Shown one piece after another: positions 9,336 through 18,830 of a stretch of DNA of 64,000 bases. The stretch lies in assembly GCA_965219415.1 (NCBI GenBank), contig CBDCNP010000002.1, positions 320,001 to 384,000 on the forward strand, written 5' to 3'. Each line of letters opens with the position of its first letter. Within the stretch, counting starts at the first letter, position 1. The DNA comes from Candidatus Marinacidobacterales bacterium. Its GTDB lineage: Bacteria > Acidobacteriota > Vicinamibacteria > Marinacidobacterales > DATDRI01. Under the pieces are notes generated by a model. The model ran no database searches, had not been told where the DNA came from, and saw nothing but the letters and a program-made list of their open reading frames with translations. The position numbers and the translations under genes were made by a program.

Positions 9336-10283
9336 CTAGCCCGAGGATTCGTTCGCTACCGCGCTCTTGAGGTTCGGGGGAACGGTCCAGCGGCGCCCCA
9401 ATCGTACGCAAATGTCACGCATGGGAGGTTTCGAAAAAAGCGGCAGTTGCCCTGGACCGGGCGCCAGCCCAGTGAACGTGAGGGAGATACCGACCACCGG
9501 CTCTTCCCGGCTCGTATAGGATCGAAGGAGGCTTCGTGCGGGGACTTCGAGCTCGATATGGCCCGACGTAGGATGGGGCAACAAACTGTAACGCTCCAAA
9601 GACACTCCATCGCGATAGACGAGGGCCAGTTCCACGCCCCGTGCACCGATTCTCAACTGCTGGAGCTTCTTCGAGGCGCGCCGGCAAAGCAGGCTCACCG
9701 CCCTTTCGAGCCGATTGCTTCGAGACCAGTCGGGCCGGTTTTCTCTGCCTCGAACCAGTTTCATCAGCCTCGCCGCTTCTAGTCCGAGGAGGGCCCGGGC
9801 CTCGTCATCAGTAAGCGCCGCCATCTGGCCCAAAGTCGTCATGCCGCGGCGACGGAGCGCGGCCGCCTGGACAGGCCTGAGCTCATCCAACTCTTCCAAC
9901 GCGACTGTCGATGTGAACTGGGGCTCATAGCACGAGGAGACCGCGCGGCCTCGCCAGGCGAGACGAGATTCTGGCTGCGAGCCGAGTCGCGGCTATGCCA
10001 ACAGACGAGTCGAGAAAGATGGATTGGCGGATGCCGTCGCGCAGCCGCTCTGCCCAGTCCATGTTCAGCATGTTCATGCCGCTGGAATTGCTGGGCGCAG
10101 TCGACGACAGAAGCACTGCATCATCTGCAGAAGGTCTTTCCCAACCATGGCCATGACGCCCCAGACATTGCTCAAAGCGCTCGGCTCTGGCTAGGAGCGC
10201 TTCGAGCGTCTGCCCCCCCTCCGGCGCTCCTCGAAGAAGTTATCGAGGGTGACGTGCGCCACCTGCTGTTTCTCGCGTTTCAT
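9336..10283 (-). pseudogene. reduced Y-family polymerase-like (DinB/ImuB-like) protein, two frameshifts
   Basis: Joined frames read AHVTLDNFF, SADDAV, SVGIAATRLAARISSRLARPRGL, GMTTLGQMA, a little-finger region and QLPLF. Shifts lie near 10215 and 9925. Confidence 0.7.
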
Positions 10284-10311
10284 TGGAGCGCCTACGGTCA
10301 AACAGCGCGCA

Positions 10312-10632
10312 CTAGTGAACTGGTTTCTTGCCCCAACCGACGTTCGAGTACGAGTCTTGATAGATCCGCATATTTTCCTGCAAGGCCGCGGTCAAGGCGG
10401 GAATGAACTGAACCGGGACGACAACCTTGGCTTTTATCGGGGCTTCCACGACATGAGTCGATCCATCTGGCGCCTTCTTGAACTCACGTTCTTCGATAGG
10501 AAGCATCTCGCAAAAGGTCAGCGTAAAATCGAAAGGGGTGTGGGTAATGGCACAGAAATTGGCGTAGATCCGTCCGGTCGGTTCGGTTTCTTTTGGAACC
10601 ACCGTGAAGTTGATCTGTTTCTTTTGTTCCAT
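10312..10632 (-). CDS. DUF3467 domain protein
   Basis: IYANFCAITHTPFDFTLTF and ALQENMRIYQ. Confidence 0.8.
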   Translation of the reverse strand: MEQKKQINFTVVPKETEPTGRIYANFCAITHTPFDFTLTFCEMLPIEEREFKKAPDGSTHVVEAPIKAKVVVPVQFIPALTAALQENMRIYQDSYSNVGWGKKPVH

Positions 10633-10671
10633 ATGGTCTCCTTTGGCTTGGTTTGGCCGGCATTCGGCCGC

Positions 10672-11280
10672 TCAGTATTTTCTCATCAGGCCGATCACGA
10701 CACCCTGGATCTTGACTTCCTCTTCCTTTACGATGATTGGCTTCATTGTGGGGTGGGCTGGCTGCAGCCGAATTTGCCCTTTCTCCCGATAGAATTTCTT
10801 GAGAGTGGCGTTCTCCCCTGCCAAGAGGGCTACCACCATTTCTCCGTTCCGGGCAGAGTTGCGGTTCTCAACGATCACGTAATCCCCATCGCGAACCTGA
10901 TCCTCGACCATCGATTCGCCTTTCACCTTCAGCACGAAGACGTCTCGCCGACCGATCATGTCTTCTGGCACCGCCACGATTTCGTTCGTGCGGATGGCCT
11001 CGATGGGCTGCCCGGCAGAAATCAAGCCCACCAGGGGCACGTCACGGGCTTCGGATTTGGGCTGGGAAGCCACCACCTCGATGGCTCGGGCCCGGTTCCA
11101 GTGACGATGAATCAGGCCTTTCTCTTCGAGATGAACGAGGTGTTTGTGAATCGTCGAAATCGAGTTCAGCTTGAAATGTTGGCTGATCTCAACCAAGCTG
11201 GGGGCATAGCCGTTCTTCCGTATGGACTCGCCGATGTGATCCAGGATTTGTTTCTGGCGTTTGGTTAGAATCATGGACAT
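10672..11280 (-). CDS. lexA: SOS repressor LexA
   Basis: LTKRQKQIL HTH, A-G cleavage site (ISAGQP), GESM serine and TLKK lysine. Confidence 0.97.
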   Translation of the reverse strand: MSMILTKRQKQILDHIGESIRKNGYAPSLVEISQHFKLNSISTIHKHLVHLEEKGLIHRHWNRARAIEVVASQPKSEARDVPLVGLISAGQPIEAIRTNEIVAVPEDMIGRRDVFVLKVKGESMVEDQVRDGDYVIVENRNSARNGEMVVALLAGENATLKKFYREKGQIRLQPAHPTMKPIIVKEEEVKIQGVVIGLMRKY

Positions 11281-11304
11281 CTCTCCCGTGTATGCATCCT
11301 ATTT

Positions 11305-11322
11305 AACGAAATAAAAACGAAA
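11305..11322 (-). promoter_or_regulatory. candidate LexA operator (direct repeat)
   Basis: AACGAAA twice at 11-bp spacing, reading TTTC-N7-TTTC on the lexA strand. Confidence 0.55.
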
Positions 11323-11381
11323 ATGCAAGGGAAATTTATAGTAAATTTACGTGTTATAAATAGGATTCAGGGCGTTTCGAA

Positions 11382-11738
11382 TTGGGAAGGTTTACATTGG
11401 AGAACGAGCTAGCGAAGTTGGAGTGTGTCCCGTGCCGCGGTGGCACCCCCCCCGTCCAAGGGGATGAGCTCAAAGAGCTTGAGCGAAAGCTTGGCGGCCA
11501 CTGGCGGACCGTCGACCAACATCACCTGGAGAAAGAGTTTCCATTCAAGGACTTCCGGGAGGCCCTGGCCTTCACCAACCAAGTAGGAGACCTGGCCGAG
11601 GCCCAGGGGCACCACCCTGATCTCTATTTGGCCTGGGGGAGGGTCAAGCTCACTATATGGACCCACAAGATCGATGGCCTGACGGAAAGCGACTTCATCT
11701 TGGCGGCCAAAGTGGATGAGCTTCCGGCGGCTGGCTAG
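11382..11738 (+). CDS. phhB: pterin-4-alpha-carbinolamine dehydratase
   Basis: CVPCRGG, GHHPD and WTHKIDGLTESDFILAAKVD. Start may be TTG at 11397. Confidence 0.92.
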   Translation: MGRFTLENELAKLECVPCRGGTPPVQGDELKELERKLGGHWRTVDQHHLEKEFPFKDFREALAFTNQVGDLAEAQGHHPDLYLAWGRVKLTIWTHKIDGLTESDFILAAKVDELPAAG

Positions 11739-11744
11739 GTCGCT

Positions 11745-12581
11745 CTAGAGGGTCGGGACCCCCGACCGTCGCCGCCCGACCGGAAATGCCTTCTCGAGTT
11801 GGTCCAGCTCGGCTTCGGATAATTCGACATCAGATGCTTGGTGGTTCTCATCCACGTGATCAGGGTTCGAGCTCTTCGGGATCGTGAACAGGCTCTCATG
11901 TCGAGTCAAGAACGCGAGCGCAACCTGACGCGAGCTCGCGCCTCGCGAGCTCGCGACCTCCCCGAGCACCTTGGCTGTCTCGCCACGCGAAGCGAAACGG
12001 CCAGAGTAAAAAGGGCTGTAGCCAACCACGGTCACACCATGTTCTTCACACCAAGGCAAGACCTGCCGCTCGATGGTTCTTTCCTGGAGGTGGTAGAGCA
12101 CCTGGTTGCACGCGATCTTGTTCGGGCCGGCTAGGCGCACCGCCTCTTCGAGCCCCTGAGCATCGAAATTACTCACGCCGTATGAGCGAATCTTCCCGCC
12201 TGCGATCAGTTCTTCGAAAGCCTTGATGGTTTCCTCTAAAGGATGGCTCCCCGGCCAATGAAGCAGGTAGAGATCGAGATAGTCGGTGCCGAGCCGCTTC
12301 AGGCTGGCTTCACAAGCGCGCAGCGTCCCGCGGTGGGACGCGTTGCCGGGCATGACCTTGGAGGCCAGAAAGGCGTCGGCGCGACGGCGATCGATCGCTT
12401 CACCGACCAAGCGCTCCACTCTTCCATCGCCATACATTTCCGCGGTATCGATGTGGTTCATCCCCAAGTCGAGACCGCGTTTTAGTGCGCGCACCGCTTG
12501 GGCCGCATCGTCTCGCTCCAAGTTCCAAGTGCCCTGCCCAACAATGGATACCCGGGCGTTGCCCAGCTTGCGAAATTTCAC
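11745..12581 (-). CDS. aldo/keto reductase
   Basis: GQGTW, DTAEMYG, DLYLLHW, GVSNF and IPKS. Confidence 0.93.
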   Translation of the reverse strand: MKFRKLGNARVSIVGQGTWNLERDDAAQAVRALKRGLDLGMNHIDTAEMYGDGRVERLVGEAIDRRRADAFLASKVMPGNASHRGTLRACEASLKRLGTDYLDLYLLHWPGSHPLEETIKAFEELIAGGKIRSYGVSNFDAQGLEEAVRLAGPNKIACNQVLYHLQERTIERQVLPWCEEHGVTVVGYSPFYSGRFASRGETAKVLGEVASSRGASSRQVALAFLTRHESLFTIPKSSNPDHVDENHQASDVELSEAELDQLEKAFPVGRRRSGVPTL

Positions 12582-12607
12582 GGAGCCTCCGTTGGGGACG
12601 AGTCTAC

Positions 12608-13471
12608 CTAATTTGGAGGATGCGGAACTGCCCGTCCAAGATACGCTGGGCCACGGCCAAGAAAGTCGCCAGACGGCGGCCCTGCGAACGGCGCGGGGGG
12701 GGCGGCGGGGCTAGGCTTCGACGACGGTGTGAGGAGAACGCTACGCATCAAGCGCAGGCGGGCGTTCTCGATGGCGACCGAGGCATGCTGGGCGAAGATG
12801 GTCACCATTCGCATGTGGTAGTCGGTGAATTTCTGGTCTGACTCGTCCGTAACGATCCCTACGTTGAGGACGCCCAAGACGCTGTCTCGCAACTGCAGGG
12901 GTGCAGAGATCGAATAGCGGACGGGTGTCTTGTGGTCGACGAGAGATTGGAATCGCTCGTCCTGCGAGGCCGATCCACTCAAGAGCACCGGCTTGCGATG
13001 CTCAATGACCCACCCTGCGACGCCATCACCGATTCGCTGCTTGGTTTCAGCGATGACGTGGTGGTTGATTCCCTCCGCGGCAGCGATGACCAGGTGTTCT
13101 TCATCTTCGTCGAGCAACATCAACGAGCCCCGGTTGCCACCAACCAGTTCCAGCCCGGCGCTCAGCACTGCAGCGAACGTCCGCTCAGGACTGGCGCTTG
13201 CATTGACGGTGCTGATCGCGCGATAGAGTCCCGAAAGCTCTTTGAGTCGCGCCTCGAGGTCGGCCGATTTGTCCTGCTGATCGGAAAGCTCTTTGCTGAT
13301 CTCAACCTGCTGCTTCCTTAGACGCCGTTCCTTACCGACTGCATAAAGACAAGAGAGAAGGGCGAGCACCGTCAACACCGAAATCGTGTCGGCAGGATAT
13401 TGGTGGTACGACATATAAGTAATGGCGGCCAGCAGGACCAAGAAGATCCACAGCACAAAGTGGAAGAGCAT
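12608..13471 (-). CDS. two-TM GAF domain protein
   Basis: Two hydrophobic helices, a coiled coil, then a GAF domain (GDGVAGWV, SAPL, LGVLN, AIENARL). Confidence 0.85.
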   Translation of the reverse strand: MLFHFVLWIFLVLLAAITYMSYHQYPADTISVLTVLALLSCLYAVGKERRLRKQQVEISKELSDQQDKSADLEARLKELSGLYRAISTVNASASPERTFAAVLSAGLELVGGNRGSLMLLDEDEEHLVIAAAEGINHHVIAETKQRIGDGVAGWVIEHRKPVLLSGSASQDERFQSLVDHKTPVRYSISAPLQLRDSVLGVLNVGIVTDESDQKFTDYHMRMVTIFAQHASVAIENARLRLMRSVLLTPSSKPSPAAPPAPFAGPPSGDFLGRGPAYLGRAVPHPPN

Positions 13472-13506
13472 GCTTCTCGCGTTGTCAAGCCTCGTTCGAA
13501 ACGCGC

Positions 13507-13911
13507 TTATATTACATGTATCAAGACATGTCGGTTGCTGCCTCGACGGCGGTGCTCCCAGAGGAAAATCCCCTGCCAGGTACCGAGCCCCAGTTGGCCC
13601 CCGACGACCGGGACCGAGATGCTGGTTGCGGTGAGCGCCGCCTTGATGTGAGACGGCATATCATCAGGGCCTTCCGCGGTGTGCGTAAAGAGCGCATCGT
13701 CTTCCTTGACGAGACGATTGAGCCAGTTTTCTAGGTCGCGACCGGCGGCCGGGTCCGCATTTTCTTGAATAACCAGGCTCGCCGAGGTGTGTTGCACCAT
13801 GACGGTGCAGAGCCCGTCGCCCACACCGGCCTCACGCACTACGGCCTCGACCTGGTCTGTGATCTCGTGCAGGCCTTGGCCTCTCGTCGTAACAGTGATG
13901 CGCTTGGCCAT
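13507..13911 (-). CDS. yjbQ: YjbQ/UPF0047 family protein
   Basis: HTSASL, ENADP, HTAEGPDDMPSHIK and LGTWQGI. Confidence 0.92.
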   Translation of the reverse strand: MAKRITVTTRGQGLHEITDQVEAVVREAGVGDGLCTVMVQHTSASLVIQENADPAAGRDLENWLNRLVKEDDALFTHTAEGPDDMPSHIKAALTATSISVPVVGGQLGLGTWQGIFLWEHRRRGSNRHVLIHVI

Positions 13912-13927
13912 GCGTAGAGCGGCTGGA

Positions 13928-14843
13928 TTAGCGGAGAAGATCGTCAATAAATAGTAGCACCGAGCTCAGCATATCCTCTCCGACGGAGTGCTTGATCTGG
14001 AGCGGGAGCTCGACGTTGGCGTAATTTACCGGCTCCATGGGGATGCCTGCCCGAAACACACCCATTGGATACTCCTTACGCTGGCTTCGAGTCTGCTCCT
14101 CTTCCCGCTTCGCGATCCGTCGACTGTGCTCCAGGCCGCCACTGGAAATGTAGTCCCCTATCTTTCCCAGCTCGTCGCCCATCGAGCCAAACTCCATCCT
14201 TGCGGCACTCGTCGATGATGACCCCGCTCGCTCGCATGAAGTTACGCCGATGCATATGGATGCCACAAACCGGGCACTTCATATACATCACTCGGGTCTG
14301 CCCCTTCCCCAGCTTGGACAGTATGGGGCTGGTCCCCTTCCCTCGCCGATACTCTTCGTTGCCGCGCTGCGTCTGCTGCCGAACAATGCCGGAGAAGGCG
14401 TTGGCTTCGACCCACATTCCGGAACACGATGGGCATTCGTCCACAGTGAAGTCTCCGACCTTGCGGTTGACGAGCTTCGGCTTGCGGCAGCGTGGACAAG
14501 TCAGCTTCCCCGTCTTCACGTCCAGCGCTGCGGGGTTGAGCGGCTTGCCACAACTCGCGCAGAACTTGCTCTTCCTCGGCGTCCGACGTAGGCAGAGAGG
14601 GCATACCAGGCTCAGCTTCGCCGAGTCCATCGTGGGAACGGCGCCGCAATATTGGCAAGGAGTCTGGTTGGCGGCGCGCGAGGCACCGCAGTTCCGACAG
14701 TGGGCGACCTCCGGCGTGTACGAACGCGGTCGTGGGACTTCCATAACGAAGTTGCAGGCACAGCGCAGCTTTTGGCCGACACGATAACGGCTCACGTCCC
14801 ACTGACGCTTGCACTCCTGGCAGGCAATTAGCTTGTTCGCCAT
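13928..14843 (-). CDS. multi zinc-ribbon / zf-TFIIB domain protein, one frameshift near 14180
   Basis: Many CxxC pairs, DECPSCSGMW, and DECRKDGVWLD continuing in another frame as GDELGKI. Confidence 0.8.
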
Positions 14844-14901
14844 TTTTTCCTAAGAAGGGATCAATGAATGATATCAAACGATTCGGAGGACCGGAAAGTC
14901 G

Positions 14902-15534
14902 TCACGCCCGCTCTTCGGAACCTTCATGCCAGGCTTCCAAACCCTCGCGGACAATCAGGGGTACCAGAACCAAGGCGGCAAGCGGATCCGCCCAATCCCA
15001 ACCGAACCAAGCGTTGAGCACAAGCCCCGATAGAGTGGTCAGGGACAACCACGCGCAGGCGATCGTCTCGTAGGCGTCTGCGCGGAGGGCACTGCTCCCC
15101 AACTCGCGGGCGGTCCTCAGTTTCGCCCAGCCGAGAAACGGCATCACGACGAGCGAGACAGAGGTCAAGACGATCCCTACGATGCTTTCGTCGGCAGGGC
15201 TTCCGTAACCAAGCAGTCGACGTCCCGCATCCAAGACGATATACGCCGACAACACCAGCAACAAAGCACCGGCGATCCGTGATGCCCGTCGCTCCATGGC
15301 TTCCGTTCTTTCCGGTGAGCCACCTCGAAGCTCTTGGCGAAGCCGCCACCCCACCACCACGCCGCTGACCGTTTCCACCAAAGAGTCCAAACCAAAACCG
15401 AGAAGAGCGACCGACCCGGCGACGGTGCCCGCCGCCAGGGCGATGACTGCCTCCAGGATGTTCCAGGAGACGGTGACGATCGCGAGCCGCCAACCCCTGA
15501 CCAAAAGCTTCCGGCGCGACTGCGATTCAGGCAC
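14902..15534 (-). CDS. cation efflux (CDF-like) membrane transporter
   Basis: SVALLGFGLDS, LRADA and WADPLAAL; the GTG start overlaps the upstream stop. Confidence 0.85.
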   Translation of the reverse strand: MPESQSRRKLLVRGWRLAIVTVSWNILEAVIALAAGTVAGSVALLGFGLDSLVETVSGVVVGWRLRQELRGGSPERTEAMERRASRIAGALLLVLSAYIVLDAGRRLLGYGSPADESIVGIVLTSVSLVVMPFLGWAKLRTARELGSSALRADAYETIACAWLSLTTLSGLVLNAWFGWDWADPLAALVLVPLIVREGLEAWHEGSEERA

Positions 15535-16058
15535 TAGGATTTTTCCAGAGTCTCCGGAGCGTCCGAAGTACAGGGCTCGAGGCGCCCTGAATGGAACCAT
15601 CGTCTCAAGCAACGGAGATCGTAGAGACGGTAGTGGGTGGCAAGCCACAAAACGGCGGTGAAACCAATTGCTTCGGTAGTGAGGTTGTACGGGTTCAGTA
15701 CGCTATAGACCCAATCATCCAGGGGGAGCTCGCGATAGCCGAAGGTTCCGGTGAACGGCCACATAGCCGTCCAAGGACGCATCCACATTCGATCGCAGAG
15801 CTGGTGAATCCAAAGTGCAAGCGGGTAAACGAGTGGCTTTCTGAGGGCAACGAGAACCAACGTCAGGAGGAGATTGACGAGAAGCGAGTGGAAGTACACG
15901 CGGCCATTGTTGATGGTCTCACGAAAGATGACGAGGCCGAGTGGCTTGTCGATTAGATCCGCTAGAAGGGCAAAGAAGACTACCCACCGGAGATCCACCT
16001 TCGGTGTTGCCCAACGCGCCGGCAGAGCGGCAGATGCAATGTGTCCCAGTACCAGCAT
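15534..16058 (-). CDS. YdjM-like membrane metal-dependent hydrolase
   Basis: GH, DLIDKP, HSL and HQLCD motifs. Confidence 0.8.
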   Translation of the reverse strand: MLVLGHIASAALPARWATPKVDLRWVVFFALLADLIDKPLGLVIFRETINNGRVYFHSLLVNLLLTLVLVALRKPLVYPLALWIHQLCDRMWMRPWTAMWPFTGTFGYRELPLDDWVYSVLNPYNLTTEAIGFTAVLWLATHYRLYDLRCLRRWFHSGRLEPCTSDAPETLEKS

Positions 16059-16156
16059 TCAATCGCGCGCCATTCTATGGCTTCACGGGTGTTTGTCAAT
16101 CGACGGCGCGCCGCACCCCCGGGCACTCCTGAGATACTATGGATGGAGACGGAGCT

Positions 16157-16789
16157 ATGAAAGGAACAATTCTTTTTGCCCTAGCGCTCGCCTCGCTCCA
16201 ACCCATCCAATCCACCTACTTGCCCGCGAGTTATCGCAGTGGCGAGGTACCGGTACAGCCTCCTCGAGTACCAGAGGGTGGCCGGGTACTCTTGGAGCTG
16301 ACGGTCGGAGACGATGGCAAAGTAGTCAAGGGGCACACGCTCCGATCGACGCCACCCTTCACAGAGCTCCTGGTAGACGCGGTTCGTCTCTGGAGATTCC
16401 AGCCCGCCGAAGAGCGAGGGAAAGAGGTCGAATCTGCGGTGTTGGTCGCTGGCTTGTTCCGGCCACCAACTCTGGAGGGCCCGGCCTTGGGAGAGCCACC
16501 GAAGGACGTCACGCCGCCATCGAACATGATTCCGATGCCCTACACACTGGTGCCGGCTGAATATCCGCCAGGAGCACTTGGAGACGGCGTGGTGCTCGTT
16601 GAAATCATCGTGGAGCACGATGGGACAGTCGGAGCGGCTCGGGTCCTACGTTCGTCGGCGGCCTTCGACAAAGCGGCTACCGTTGCCGTTCTCCAATGGA
16701 AGTTCCGCCCCGCTCGCCGGGACGGGACGCCAGTACCCTCGTTCGCGTATATCGTCTTCGGGTTTCGGCAACCGCTGACGCCGAAATAG
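16157..16789 (+). CDS. secreted protein with two TonB C-terminal domains
   Basis: AVRLWRFQPA and AVLQWKFRPA..G.PV repeats. Confidence 0.85.
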   Translation: MKGTILFALALASLQPIQSTYLPASYRSGEVPVQPPRVPEGGRVLLELTVGDDGKVVKGHTLRSTPPFTELLVDAVRLWRFQPAEERGKEVESAVLVAGLFRPPTLEGPALGEPPKDVTPPSNMIPMPYTLVPAEYPPGALGDGVVLVEIIVEHDGTVGAARVLRSSAAFDKAATVAVLQWKFRPARRDGTPVPSFAYIVFGFRQPLTPK

Positions 16790-16800
16790 TCTGACTTAGT

Positions 16801-16893
16801 GCGCGCTCACTCCTCGTTCGCGCGCTTGGCGCCTCGCTCCTCGCTCGGCGCACGTTTCGTCGGCCGACTCCGGCCGGGCTCGCTCCGCTCGCG
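16801..16893. repeat. REP-like hairpin cluster between convergent genes
   Basis: CTCRCTCC(TC)GYTCG core three times, two of them inside GC stems, plus CGGCCG-ACTC-CGGCCG. Confidence 0.6.
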
Positions 16894-16922
16894 CAGGGTG
16901 CCGTGAATCAGTTAGCACCCTG

Positions 16923-18059
16923 CTAGACTGTATCAAGTAGACGCGCGAGCAAAGCCGTGCGGCGGGGCAGCTCGTCGATCACAAGGTGCTCGTTGCGAGC
17001 ATGGGCTCCATCGCCTACCGCCCCCAGCCCGTCCAGAGTGGGAACCCCTAGCCCGGCAGTGATATTTCCGTCTGAACCGCCCCCCGCCGGGCCTTCTTCA
17101 AGGTCGAAACCAATCTCCTCCGCCAGCGCACGCGCCTTTTGATAAAGAGCTACGACCGCCGGTGACCGCTCGAGGGGAAGCCGGTCGATACTCCCCTTCA
17201 CATCGAGCTCCGCCCCCTCCAGAAGCGGACGCACGTTCAAAACCTTTTCTTTCATCATCTGAGCATCCGCCACGGTCGATACTCGCACATCGATCTCCGC
17301 ATAGGCCTCGCCGGCGATGACGTTGCTCCGCGTTCCGCCGCGGACCAATCCGACGTTGACACTGATTCCTCTATCGAGGTCCGTCAGCTCGTGGAGAGAA
17401 CGAATCTGGCGAGCCAATTCCTCGATAGCACTCAGACCCTTCTCCGGATCCAACCCGGCGTGAGCCTCACGCCCTTTCACGCTAAGTTGAAAGATCCCCC
17501 CACCTTTGCGGAACGTCTTGAGTTTCCCGTTGGGAGGAAGCGACGGCTCGAGCACGAGTGCAACCCGGCTGCGACGGGCTTCCTCCTCTATATGAGGGCG
17601 CGAGCTCAGACTTCCGACCTCTTCGTCTGAGTTCACTAGCGCGGTGAGTCCGTTTGGAGCTCGGCCCACCTCGGTAAGAGCCCGTAGAGCGAAGACCAAC
17701 TGAACCAGCCCGCCCTTCATGTCGAACGTTCCCGGTCCGTGGGCGATACCGCCCTCGATGCGAAACGGGAGCTCCTGAAGCGTCCCCAGCTCCCAAACCG
17801 TATCCAGGTGTCCGAGGATCAGAATTTGCCCCTCGGGTTGCGACTCACCCACAGTAGCGCGCAGATGGTTTCCGAAACGCTCGGACGGAAGCTCCGACAC
17901 CTTCGCCCCAGAGGCTTCGAGCTCCTCGGTAAACACCTTCCCTACCTCGTCAACCGATTTCTTGTCGGTGCTCGGGGACTCGAGTTCCACCAACCGCTTT
18001 AGAAGCGCTAGCATGGAATCGCGCTGACTCTCCAACCACGGCAGAAGGTTGCTAGACAT
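16923..18059 (-). CDS. M20 peptidase (glutamate carboxypeptidase-like)
   Basis: GHLDTV, GPGTFDMKGG, DEEVGS, GGGSDGN and GAH. Confidence 0.92.
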   Translation of the reverse strand: MSSNLLPWLESQRDSMLALLKRLVELESPSTDKKSVDEVGKVFTEELEASGAKVSELPSERFGNHLRATVGESQPEGQILILGHLDTVWELGTLQELPFRIEGGIAHGPGTFDMKGGLVQLVFALRALTEVGRAPNGLTALVNSDEEVGSLSSRPHIEEEARRSRVALVLEPSLPPNGKLKTFRKGGGIFQLSVKGREAHAGLDPEKGLSAIEELARQIRSLHELTDLDRGISVNVGLVRGGTRSNVIAGEAYAEIDVRVSTVADAQMMKEKVLNVRPLLEGAELDVKGSIDRLPLERSPAVVALYQKARALAEEIGFDLEEGPAGGGSDGNITAGLGVPTLDGLGAVGDGAHARNEHLVIDELPRRTALLARLLDTV

Positions 18060-18134
18060 AGTTAGGCATTCTTACTCAGGGGAGGCGATGCTAACAGAGA
18101 GAAGGCCGGGGGAAAAGCGCAGCGGCGGGGAAAA

Positions 18135-18825
18135 CTACAGGCGAATGGTGAAACGGCTTCCCTTGAACTCGAGCTCGACTGCCCCGATCGAGAATCTTGA
18201 TGACTCGTGCCCCCTCGATGATATCTCCCTCGAAAACCCGTTGGTAGTTGACCACCGCTACCGGCTGGCCGTCGATCACGGAGGTTCCCTGTAGAGCAAG
18301 CGAGGGGAGATCGGCGGGCAGTTTCTCCTGCTCCGCGTCGAGATTGTTGGTTGCGCTCGAGCGATCGGTCGCGCCGCGGCCCACCAGTCTTACAGGAGGG
18401 GCCGGGGGAGCAAGGCCGGCAAGCACTTCGCCCTCCACCAGCGTCGCCTCCGGAAGTATCCCGGAGGGTTCTATCACTCCCGAGGAGCGGGTGGCGTCGA
18501 CGGAAGAACCCTTTCGCGAAGACCGCCTCGGTGCAACCTCAGTTCTATCGGCGCCATTAGCCCCCGAAAGAGGCGAAGACAGCACCGCCTGCGGCTCGCT
18601 GGCAACGCCCGAAGCCTGAGGCGCTTCCGCCTCGAACGATCGGTATAACGCTACCGCGGCAAGGCCGAAGGTCACGATCGCGAGAACCAGAACGGCTCCC
18701 CATGCCCAACCTCTCGCCAAACTCGGCCCGCCCCAATCTCGACCACCCTGCATGACCATGCCTTCTTCGGCCTGGCCGTCCTTCTTACGATCGACCTTCT
18801 TGAGGGCGTCTAGTATGAAGCTCAT
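18135..18825 (-). CDS. exeB: ExeB/GspB-like protein, frameshift near C-terminus
   Basis: MSFILDALKK, a TM helix, and a C-terminal domain ending VELEFKGSRFTIRL in a shifted frame; adjacent to exeA. Confidence 0.75.
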
Positions 18826-18830
18826 AAGTC

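Noticed and set aside
9925-9927. Selenocysteine UGA in the DinB-like gene
   Set aside because: Homology continues in a different frame, so this is a frameshift.
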